DNA of 59,138 bases, filler included, from Squatina squatina (taxonomy: Eukaryota): NCBI GenBank assembly GCA_031763465.1. It is 4 parts of 4 records of this genome, joined end to end, with 100 filler letters (N's around TTAATTAATTAA, not from the genome) between each part and the next. Parts side by side here need not be neighbours in the genome. Positions count along the whole stretch, not along the records: positions 17,374 to 30,111 come from JARFOE010000222.1; positions 30,212 to 42,783 come from JARFOE010000115.1; 2 more parts are not named here. One strand, given 5' to 3'. The position numbers and the translations under genes were made by a program. This document shows, one piece after another, positions 23,824 through 34,605 of the stretch. Each line of letters starts with the position of its first letter. The first letter of the stretch is position 1. The notes beneath the pieces were generated by a model. It saw only the letters and a program-made list of their open reading frames with translations. It ran no database searches and had not been told where the DNA came from.

Positions 23824-24119
23824 TATGTTGTTACTGAAACAAAATTGGCAAGATTATTCTTTTGATATAACTGAATGACTGGCCTAAAATCAAACTATAA
23901 AATCAGAAGTATTATGAAGTTATTCATTGTACTTTAATGGCAAAAAGTGAGAAAAGCCCAAAATGTGGTCAATTAAAATGTAATTCCTATCAACTGTAAC
24001 TTTGTTAGATGTTAACTTCAACGATCAGAATGTTGTAGGTTCATGTCCCTCTCCAGGATTTTTTAGCATATGATCAACTAACCCTTAATTCAATAAGGAA
24101 ATGCTGCATTGATAGAGAT

Positions 24120-24223
24120 GGGGGGCCGAAACTGCCTGCCACTGCGTTTAAAACGGATACGGGGTGGGAGCTGGCATTTCACTCGCCGACGCCCGCCCCG
24201 ACCCAGCCCTCCCCAAATTCGCT
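24120..24223. mobile_element. Harbinger-like MITE left end (alternatively a CpG-rich NUP50 5' region)
   Basis: Abrupt start GGGGGCCGAAAC resembling the TIRs at 2092 and 55495; CpG-rich; truncated by a gap. Confidence 0.45.
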
Positions 24224-25619
24224 NNNNNNNNNNNNNNNNNNNNNNNNNNNNNNNNNNNNNNNNNNNNNNNNNNNNNNNNNNNNNNNNNNNNNNNNNNNNN
24301 NNNNNNNNNNNNNNNNNNNNNNNAAAATCTATGCTCACCCTATTAAGTTGAAAACAGTTAAATTCATGGTTATTCTCCACAGTTTACAACCACGTCTTTA
24401 GCTGACAGGAAAGCCACTTGATAACAATGACAGCAGCTATACCTACAGTTAAAAAATTATTTGAATTAACTATCCTCCACAGGATGACATCCCATCTCGC
24501 AGCCTGGCCATGAAGAGATGAGACTCATTACAAGTTCAACTGGTGGATTTGTCCATCAGTGCAAAAACTCAAACCTGTAACTGCACAATCATGAAGAAAG
24601 TGAAAAGTATGAAATTATTAAACTTTGTTGACATTACAATTGCTTGTTACACTTTAAAAAGTATATCCAAAAACATAACACTGGACAGACCTATTTACTG
24701 ACTGTGAAAAAGAGAAACAGATAAATCCAAATATAGGATTTTGCTGTCCAGGAGGCATTTTGCCAACCAGTGAAAAGCAATAATGCAAAAATTCTGCAAA
24801 CTGATGGTTAATTTCAAGGATCTGGTAAAATGTTGCCCAAATGGTCCCTAATTACAGTTACACAAGCTTGTGTATTTACGGTATTACTAAATATAAATTT
24901 TAAACTGTACTGTAGATTTTATTTTAAAAAGATAGGTTAGCTTAGAATGTAATTCTCATATAGGTAAACTAACATCTTTAAGCGATTTCTCAAATGTCTG
25001 AATCAACTATTTCTAACCTGTGCATATGGAGGAGAGGTCATCAAATATGTTTATTTTGCTTTCCATTCATAGAATCATAAAAGTTTACAGCACAGAAGGA
25101 TTTCTGAAAGATTATCCACTAGTCCCATTCACTGCCCTTTCCCCATACCCGTCATTTCTTATTTTTCAAATATTTGTCGATTCTGCTTTCACAGCTGTTT
25201 CTGGTAGGGCAACCCCCATGTCCTACAACCCTGTGCATAAAAAAAACTCTCCTACTCTCTCTCGTGAGCCTTTGACTTAGTGGTGGCATTCCCATCTCTG
25301 AGTCAGAAGGTGGTGGGTTTGAACCCTGCTCCAGACAGTACCATCAAGTGGAGACTGGAATTCTGGCTGTAAATTCTGGTTTAATATCCAGCGGAATACT
25401 TGCATCTGTTGGATGTGAGTGGGCCCTCCCCCTCCCCAATCACGAGAGTTGTGGGAGCCTGTTAAACGTTACAGCCATATAGGACTAACTACCCTATTGA
25501 CTGGTATAAAGCTGATTACGGCCATGGAAGGGAGTGTTCATATTGTGGCCTGTGAATTCTTAAGCTACCTCATAGTATTCTCCAAGGGAAGAGTGCGAAG
25601 ATATGAAAAATAAAACTAC

Positions 25620-26675
25620 CCTCTCTTTGTTCTTAAATGTATGCCCTCATTACTGATGCACAAACCAATGGAAATAGTTTTTCCCCATTTAACTCATCAA
25701 AACCCTTCACACCTCGATCAGACCTCCTATTAATTTTCTTGGTTCTAATGAAAAGAACACATTTTTCTACTTCTCAAAACTAAAGCTTCTTAACCCTGGA
25801 ATCATCTTAGTGAATCTCTTCTGTGTCCTCTTCATGACCTTGAATATTCTAACTGTGAGCCAACCAATAATTTCTATAGGTTTAACATTATTTGCTTTTG
25901 GACTCCCTATACCCCAATTTATAAAACCTAGGATCCCATAAGCTTTTTTTAAATACTTTACAAACTTGTCCTTCCACTTCAAAGGTTTGTGTATATGACC
26001 TCCCAAGCCTCTCTACTCCTTTTAAAGTTTTATCATGTAATGTATATGTCCTCTCCTTATGCTGTCTCCCAAAATGCATTACCTCACATTTCTCTGCATT
26101 AAACTTTTATCAGACATCTATCTGGCCAATCTACAAATCTGTCTGTGTCCTGAAGTCACTTGTAGTCTTCTTCTTAGTTGACCAAGCTTCCTATTTTTTG
26201 TTCCACCTGCAGATTTTGATATTGTGCCCTCTACATCCAAATCTGGATCGAGAGAGAAAAGCAATGGACCCAACACTGGCCTTTGGGAGACACCACTGTT
26301 TAGATTCTTCTAGTTTCAAAAAAACCTTCTGTTTTCTGTCCTTTAACTAACTTCCTATCCATACTGCCACTGTTCTTTTAATACCATGTGCCTTCATTTT
26401 AACAATTCTGCTATGCGGCAGCTTATCAAATGCCTTTCGCAAATCCATATGCACAACATCCACTGCATTTCCTTCACCAACCTTCCCTGTTACTGCATCA
26501 AAAAATTCAATTAGATCAGTCAAATACAATCTGCCTTTTTCAAATCCGTGCTGACTCTCCTTAATTAACTCAAACCTGTCCAACCGCCTGTTAATTTTTT
26601 TCCCTGATTAATGTTCCTAAAACCTTACCCACTACTGATGTTAATCTGACGGATCTTAGTTACTAGAAACGTCCT
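25620..26675 (-). mobile_element. Degenerate CR1 LINE ORF2
   Basis: Fragmented ORFs: ESQHGFEKGRLYLTDLIEFFD...VDVVHMDLRKAFDKLPH, MHFGR, KKAYGILGFI, QKRFTKMIPGL. Confidence 0.92.
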
Positions 26676-26828
26676 TACANNNNNNNNNNNNNNNNNNNNN
26701 NNNNNNNNNNNNNNNNNNNNNNNNNNNNNNNNNNNNNNNNNNNNNNNNNNNNNNNNNNNNNNNNNNNNNNNNNNNNNNNGCGCAAGTCATCTATCCGAGC
26801 TGTAGAGATTGAGGACGGGATTTCGCCT

Positions 26829-26970
26829 TGCTCTAGCTGCTGGGACAGCAATGCCTCCATAGCATTAAGCTCTCTCCAGCTAGAGCATATAATGTCTGAT
26901 ATTACAATTTCGTTCTTTTCTAAATGCAGTTAACTTAATAGGTGTCTCGGAGTTCAGTGTTGAGACATGC
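26829..26970 (+). ncRNA. Candidate H/ACA-box snoRNA-like structured RNA
   Basis: Perfect 11-bp stem 26829-39/26877-87 with internal loop and upper stem; ANANNA box (ATATAA 26887-92); ACA at 26965-67; total 142 nt. The second hairpin is weak. Confidence 0.35.
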
Positions 26971-27039
26971 AGCCTTTTGTAATTTTGCTTTTTTGAAAGC
27001 AACTTTTTTTGCTAAAGTTTTTGCTCTGCTCGATGTAAT

Positions 27040-27315
27040 AGCTTGGTTCAGCAGACAGCTTTTTGAGTCAGCAGTTGTAGGTTCAAGCGCACCCTCCTAA
27101 GACTTTACGGAATCTGGGTTGCAGTGCTGGAGGTGCAGTCTTTCAGATTTTCTCCAGAAACTAAGTTCCCCATCTGCCTGTTCGGGTAGATATCGAAAAT
27201 GTCCTGCACCAGTTGATTGCTATAGGTGTTCTGTGTTCTTCATTCAATTAGTATCACCAAAAACAGACAAACTGGTCATTCATCTCATCTGTGGGATTGT
27301 GCTGTGTGCCAAGTA
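27040..27315 (+). mobile_element. Degenerate tRNA-derived SINE (same family as 6997)
   Basis: GAGTCAG...GGTTCAAG head; internal CACCAAAAACAGA...CTGGTCATTCATCTCAT...TTGCTGTGTGC. Confidence 0.7.
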
Positions 27316-27779
27316 ATATCTTTGTATCTTCCATCTTAAGGATGATGCAAACTAGAGAGTAAATGTGTTCAGTGTTTGGCATAGTTATCCGTTGTAATTG
27401 AGTAGGTTGTAATCTTTTTGTAATAGGTATTGCATTCTAGAAAATGTTAGATCTGACTAATGTGTGAAGTATGTTTCTCTATTTAGAGGTGATAAAGGGT
27501 TCCTTGTAACCTAGATTTGGAAGTGTGACAGCTGTTCAGTTATTTAAAACCAAGACACACAATTCTATGTTTTTGTTATGACTATATTGGGAGCCACATC
27601 TGAACAGGATCTGAATCACTGGGTTTCCAACATTACCATGCCATAGCATACCATTGCTTTTACTTGCAAGCTGGTTAATAGATTATTTGGCATACCCATT
27701 TATTATCCAGTCACTAGCACACATCTATTCAGCAGACGCTTACCTTGGCAGACTTCAATGTGGTGAAATGTGTCCACCT

Positions 27780-27990
27780 TAAATATTCAATCCCTCCACC
27801 ACTGACCCACCGTGGCTGCATTGCGTACCATCTGCATGATGCATTGCAGCAACTCGCCAAGCCTTCTTCAATAGCTTCTCCCAAACCTGCGACCTCCACC
27901 ACCTAGAAGGACAAGAGCAGCAGGTGCATGGAGCACAATTATCTCCAGGTTCCCCTGCAAGTTACACCCTATCCTGACTTGGAACTTACA
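27780..27990 (+). mobile_element. LINE 3' ORF fragment (CR1/L2 superfamily, second family)
   Basis: Decayed reading NIQSLHH*PTVAALRTICMMHCSNSPSLLQ*LLPNLRPPPPRRTRAAGAW; second copy inverted at 12320-12560. Confidence 0.7.
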
Positions 27991-28661
27991 TGAAGATAGA
28001 AAAAGAGCACTATAACTTCATTTAGGGTCTTTGAAAGTATTTCAGTCAAAAGTTGTGACTCAGCTTTTTATGGGGCCAAAAATCTGTGCGCATTCTGGCA
28101 GCTCCCAACTTGAAGAAATCCAGACCTTGGTTCTTCGAAGGGTGCTGGCTCTTTCTTGCTGGTCCTTGACTCATGTGTTGGAGTCAAAACTGGCACGACC
28201 TCAATCAGCACTGCTGTGAAATATCTCTTCTGAATTATTAACCAAGAACTGGACTTGAAGTTAATAGATTGTAAAAAGATGTCTAACAGAGGTGATAGTA
28301 TGCAGACATATTTCCTTAGTTGAATTTTGCTAAAAGTATTCATGATCTTCTGAGGTTAAGCAACACTAAAAATGACATTAGTGACGATGCGAGCTATTTG
28401 ACTCTTATTATGGCACCTTAAGAACTCTAATAATTTTATTCTGTATTATGGCCTCTTAATTGATATTTTAGATTAAAAAGGTGAATGGCAGTGGGCAAAT
28501 CCATTCTCTTGCCCTGCTGCACAATAGGGACCAGAAAAGTCCCAAGTTCTATCACTGGTCTGTGCTAAGTTAGCAGAGGTTAGCAATTGGAACATGACAA
28601 CTGGCCTCATTCTTGATTGCTATCCAGTGACTCTTGCTTGGAAAATGTTTGCTGTGGATGT

Positions 28662-28880
28662 TAGGAACATAGGAACAGGCCATTTAGCCTCTTGAGCTGT
28701 TCCACCATTCAATATCATACCTGATTTGTAACTCAACTCCATTTACCTGCCTTTGCTCTATATTCCTTAATACCCTTACATAACAAAATTCTATCTCAGT
28801 TTTGAATTTTTACAATTGACTTAGCTTCCACAGCATTTTGAGGGAGAGTGTTCCAGATTTCCACTACCTTTTGTTGGATG
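28662..28880 (-). mobile_element. CR1 LINE 3' end
   Basis: TAGGAACATAGGAACAGG tail; minus-strand ORF QKVVEIWNTLPQNAVEAKSI. Confidence 0.85.
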
Positions 28881-29707
28881 AGGACAGAATCAAATTCAGC
28901 AGTGGTACCCTCAAATAGCCTACCAAGATTAATTTNNNNNNNNNNGACATGAAAAATGGACACTTGGTTGCCGTACCAAAGGCTGCTGGCATTTGCAGAA
29001 TCCCACCCTAGCATGAACCAGCACATTCAGGGGAACAGGGGAGAAAGTTGGGGATGGGTAGGAGAGATAGCAAATTAAAAAACTATAGAGGCCTAACCCT
29101 CTTTTTGTTTGTAATGAATATTTATTTGTGGTTATAATTATCACTTGCAAATTTACTTTATGCCAGCCAAACTGATCAGAATCAAATAAAAAATAATGGT
29201 CAGAATGATTAAATAGAAACTGGACACTGAGCTTGAAGTCTCTTGGTGATCAGATTGCTGAGTAACAAAACAGAAACTTACAGTCCAATATTGCTGGTCA
29301 GCTAGCATTTAAATCAAGCCTTGTAACAATTACTGCAAGATATCCTACAAAGGGCAGTTTAAATAANNNNNNNNNNTCTCATAAATCATTCCAGTGGGAC
29401 ACGGGATTTCCCAGTCTTACTGGCATCACAGACTTAATTATTTCACCTTTAACTGATTAATACCCAAGGTAAAACCACTGGCACACATCAGGAATAAAAT
29501 CCATATTAAAAAGAAATTCTTGCTATAAGTGTGGAACACTGAGAGAAAGATTTGTTATGCTTAAAGAAAGGCCTTAGTTTTGGATTTAACCAACTTTAAC
29601 TAAAAAGGAAAATATTTGTGGCTGGTATAACACTTTAGCTGACTTTTTAACCAATTTGAGGAAAGAAAATCAGATAAACGTACCTAGCCTAATTTAAGTG
29701 TCCACCT

Positions 29708-30092
29708 TAGCACTGTCACCTGTGAGTCGGAAGGTTGTGTGTTCAAGTCCCATTCTAGAGACTTCAGCAAATAATGCAGGCCGATGCATCAGTGCAGTAC
29801 TGTCAGAGGTGCTGGCTTTCGCATGAGACGTTAAACCCGTCTGCTCCCTTAGGTGCACGTAAAGTTCCCATGGCACTATTTGAAGAGTAGGAGTTCTCCC
29901 CAATGGCCAAGCCAACATTTATGCTTCAACCAACATCACTAAAAGCAGATTATCTTGTCATTGCTGGATCTTGCTGCGCACAAACTGGCTACTGCATTTT
30001 CTACAGTACAACAGTGACTACACTTTATTAGCTGTAAAGTGCTTTGGGACACCCTGAGGTTGTGAAAGCTGCTATATAAATGCAAGTTCTTT
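29708..30092 (+). mobile_element. tRNA-derived SINE (Deu-SINE-like), near full length
   Basis: B-box GTTCAAGTCC at 29741-50; tail GCTTTGGGACACCCTGAGGTTGTGAAAGCTGCTATATAAATGCAAGTTCTT. The same tail occurs at about 16318, 40270 and 47720. Confidence 0.85.
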
Positions 30093-30111
30093 GTATTCTT
30101 TCTAATTGACC

Positions 30112-30211
30112 NNNNNNNNNNNNNNNNNNNNNNNNNNNNNNNNNNNNNNNNNNNNTTAATTAATTAANNNNNNNNNNNNNNNNNNNNNNNNNNNNNNNNN
30201 NNNNNNNNNNN
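30112..30211. other. Artificial scaffold linker 44N-TTAATTAATTAA-44N
   Basis: 12-mer at 30156-30167 centred in a 100-bp gap. Confidence 0.97.
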
Positions 30212-30414
30212 CATTGTGAGAAACATAAATGCTGCAGGTGCAACTCCGTGTTTTCGATCACTCCCGGACGTCTACACCAGAATATCAGAGACAAAACTTC
30301 ACCCAATTTTTGTCCTGCTTTTAAAATGTCCTGGATAACATCACGACTTCTCCCTCCATTCTTCTGCATGTAGCAATTTAAGCAAGGAGTTAACCATTCC
30401 TTTCTGAATTGTAA

Positions 30415-31003
30415 GGGGGAATTTTAACTCTTCCCGATTGGCAGGAAAGCAGCAGGGAAACAATTCAAAAGAATGGCTCCATTCCCAGCGATTTCCCATT
30501 TAAACAACATCAGTTTGGCAACGGATGAGGCTCCTGCCAGACTTTAATGACAGCCTCATTAGTAAATGAAAATTAGGGTCCCATAATGTTTTTGGGACCC
30601 CAATGGCATTTTAACCCACCCACCGCAGCCACCCCACCAGGTAAAGCGGTCAGAAAGCTAGGACGGCCACTTAAGGCAAGTTGAGAAATTTCCCTTAGGG
30701 GTGCTGCTCCAGGCCCCACAAGGAAAGTCTGGGCAGCTGCTGTGCTGGGCTCCCTGGCTTCCTAAGTCGTGAGACTCTTGGAATACCTCCCCTCCCACTA
30801 CTGACCTTACTGCCGACAGCCTCCGGGCTGCACGATCTTTATTGTCCGCCCACCTGCTGCTCCCTGCTCAGAATGGGCGAGCAGCTGACCAGTGGCATTC
30901 AAATAAACCCCAGCAGCTAAAATCTGCCAGGGCTCCACCTCAAACACTGCACGGGAGTGCCACTCGATCGCGCCAGCTTCCCGCCAGGAGTTAAAATCGG
31001 CTC
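30415..31003. mobile_element. Non-autonomous DNA transposon (Harbinger-like MITE)
   Basis: Left end GGGGGAATTTTAACTC, right end GAGTTAAAATCGGCTC (inverted ATTTTAACTC core); flanks TAA / TAT; GC-rich interior. Confidence 0.7.
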
Positions 31004-33429
31004 TATTGTTGCTAAAACGTGCACTGAGCTGTGGGGACCTATAACCTGCTTATCAGTACCCAAGTAAAATTCCTCCAAGACATTATGAAGTCCAAGTATT
31101 CCTTTTTTTTTCATGAAAAACAAAAGATTACCATTTTTTTTCTCTAATTGATGACCTGCTAATGAAATTATGGAAATGTTTAGCATTGAATGATGCAATT
31201 TCATAAAGTGAAATTTCATTATGGGGCAAATAAATAGAGGAAACCAAGCATTCTCTTGTTCTTTTCTTTCATTAAAAGAGGACTTTCACCCCCCAGCTAA
31301 CCACCAGCATCAATTCATCAGACAGCTGTCTAGGTACAATTATCTTCGGTTGCACCCTGTTGTTATGCCATCTGAAGTACATTAAAAAACACAATCTGTT
31401 ACTAATGTTGTTTAGCAACATGCAAAAAGCAATGTATTTCATCCCTCTGCCTCCCCGTTGGCAGCAATACAGGATTTTCACACTGAGCTGCTATTAAAGG
31501 GGCAGGGTGAGTCAGCTACGGAACTGCAGATGGCACAAATTGCCTCCACCTGGCTCAGGCTGAGATTCCATACCAGAGATCAAAGCTGATAGTTAACATT
31601 GCATATCATCCCCAAGGAGCAGGAATGGGTCCTTTTAATATGATACAGGAATCAGCACTGCATGGCCTCCACTATTAACACTGATAAGCCCACCCTAGAG
31701 TTGGCACAGTGGTGTGGTTGCATTTAACAGTTTTACTGACTGAAGTAACACCAAGATTGGGCAGAGATCCCAAAAGTAATATATGGCAACTCCTGCCACA
31801 AATGCACCTATTTTCCCCCTAAAATGAACCTAACTGGGGTTGGTGATTTTAAACAATGGCATTCTATGTGGCCATTTCTCCCCAGCATTCTAGGACAGCA
31901 ACAGTAACACGAAAACGCAACAGATATAGACTTTTAATTAAGGTTTAATTNNNNNNNNNNNNNNNNNNNNNNNNNNNNNNNNNNNNNNNNNNNNNNNNNN
32001 NNNNNNNNNNNNNNNNNNNNNNNNNNNNNNNNNNNNNNNNNNNNNNNNNNCTTTCCCTGTACTGTTATGCTCTGCAACCTCACTATTCAAGCTTCCGTTT
32101 CAAACTGATATCAAAAAAACAAGCAAGACCAGTTCACGTGACCTCAACATTTACATCATTCCACAAATAAATAGTAAGTGTACCCAAAACCTACAATGAG
32201 AAGTAACCATGGAGAGCAACCAAAAAATGATGTATTGCATATCCCACCCATATATACATAGGAAATGTAAAATAAAAGAATATCAGACAATATCATGATT
32301 TGCTCTCCATACACCTCTAGTCAGTGGCCTGTTTCTCTATTTTGCCTTATATACCAAATTCTAGCAGAAGAAATGATATACAGCTTGGAGTAATGTTGGC
32401 TGCTCAATCAGAATTTTCCAACTAAACAGAAATAAATATTCAACATAGATGTAGATTTCCAGTTAATTCACTACCAGTAAAAGAAAATCGATTATGTGGG
32501 TTGAAGTACTTCCCAGATTAGACTTTCAAACAACCAATATTCACAATGTACAGATTATTGGTTTATTAGGATGTCAGGTTCTTAGACTATTTTGAAAGCT
32601 AACTGAAAGGACAATCGAATGCTTAAATTAGTTCATTCATTAAAAGAATTGGACTGAAGAAGATCGTTTATTGTATATTTTCCCCATTCTGAATATTCTA
32701 AAAACTGTAGTCCAGCTAAAGGAGCAAAACTAAAAATGGACACTGGAAAATACTGTACTGAAGTCAGGAGGTTCCTTTTCATGGCAATTTGCGCTGATAT
32801 CTGCCGAAGGGAACAGAACAGCAGCATCATCAATACGCAAGTAGTGCAGGATGAAAGAGGGTCTTTTCAGCGAGTAAGACAGATGACAGAGGGGAGATCA
32901 GCCCAGCAGGACTGCTACTTACACTAGTTTACGTGTACACAATTAGATCAAGTCCATGACTATCCTTAGTTTTGGACGGAAAGTATCAAGTACTAGACTA
33001 AAGAAACTGCATTTGCCCTTAAATATTAAAACAATGCATTGAATTGTCACAAAGATTCAAGTGGAGGATTATTCCAAAGCAGCTATAGAGTTAAATTTAC
33101 TTAAGCTGTCATAGTTTCATATTAAGGGCCATTTTCCTAATGAAAGAGTGTTTGGAGCAATTGTTTTNNNNNNNNNNAGATCTCCCAAGGTGCAGCTTGT
33201 GGTGAGGTTGGAAGTTATGACATTGCAATGGAGAGTACTGGAGTAGAAGAGTGAGTGAGGGCTCAAGTGGCAGCTGAAAGGATCGCAAAGTTTGAGAGAG
33301 ATGTGTTCCTGGAAAATTTGAGCTAATCAGGATTTCATGTGTCAGAGACATTTCTCATGTTCGATTAATAGCGCTAGTTACAGAAATATACATGCACATT
33401 ATCTAATATTAATGTCAAACTTAAACATT

Positions 33430-34605
33430 TGCAATGGATGGGGAAATGAAGTGTATACAGACTTTAGGAAAGCCTTTGCCACATCGGAGATTACTGGAGA
33501 AGATCAAGAGGTATGGAATTGGAGGGGGGGCAGGATAGCAAACTAGATTAAGAATTGGTTAGAAGAGAGAAAACAGTAGGAGCTAAGTGCAGTTTCCTCT
33601 CCTTCCTCCCCCCCACCCCTCAAGAGGGGTTGGAAGTGAGTCATGGTGTCAGTTCTATTCACTGTACATAAATAATTTGGATGAGTTTAGAGGGAGTGGC
33701 ATCAAAATTTGCTGATACCAAATAGGAAGTATAAATAATTCTTTAGACCAAGGGAAGATGCAAAGGAATGTTGGTAGGATGGAGGAATGAGTACTTTTTT
33801 TTTAATAAGTGTCAAATGGAATTCAATGTCAGTAAGTTTGAGGGGAGCAATTTTGGTAAAATAAAATTAGCACCAGTAATTATACATTGAATGCAAGTAG
33901 AAACGGTGCTGTGCAAGAGCAGAGGGGGGTACAGATGCTAGGGTTGCTAAAACAGCATCTCGGGGTGTTAAGACTGTTAAAAAAAAAAATTAATAGAATT
34001 CTAGCTTTTATCACAAGGTATAATGAATAAAAACCAAGAGGTAATGATGTGTCTATGCAGTATCTTAAGACCTCAGTTAGAGTACTGTGTGCAGTACTGG
34101 GCTCCATACAATAGGAAAGATATGGAGGCTTCAGAGAGGGTACAACACAGATTAACTGGGATGCTGCCTGGTATGAGGAACTACAAATATGCAGAAAGAC
34201 CTTAAAAATGTGTTTTTCATGAGAACAATGCAGATTACGGGAAAATGCAATAGATGGGTCTAAAATTATGAAAGGGACAGGGTAGGTTGACGCAGACTAT
34301 TTCCAGTAGCTGAGAGGTTTGGAACAAAAGGTCATAAATGCAAGTTTAAAAGCACGAGATTTAGAACAGAGCAGGAGAAATGTCTTTCCACAGAGTTGTG
34401 AAGCTGTGGAATTCACTTCTAGGGTTAGTGATTGAAGCAGAAACAAGGTCAATGATCAAGATTAGATTGGATAGGTGGATGAAGGAAAAGGGTTGAAGGA
34501 GGTATGGGAACAGGATGGGTAAATTTGGTTAGAACTATTTGCTCATGTGGAGGATAAATGGCGACATGGACTGGTTGGGCTGAAAGAGGCCTATGTATTT
34601 CTATG
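33430..34605 (+). mobile_element. Degenerate CR1 LINE (RT to 3' end)
   Basis: VYTDFRKAF, IKFAD, LRPQLEYCVQYWAPYNRKDMEASERVQHRLTGMLPGM; ends TATGTATTTCTATG. Confidence 0.9.
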
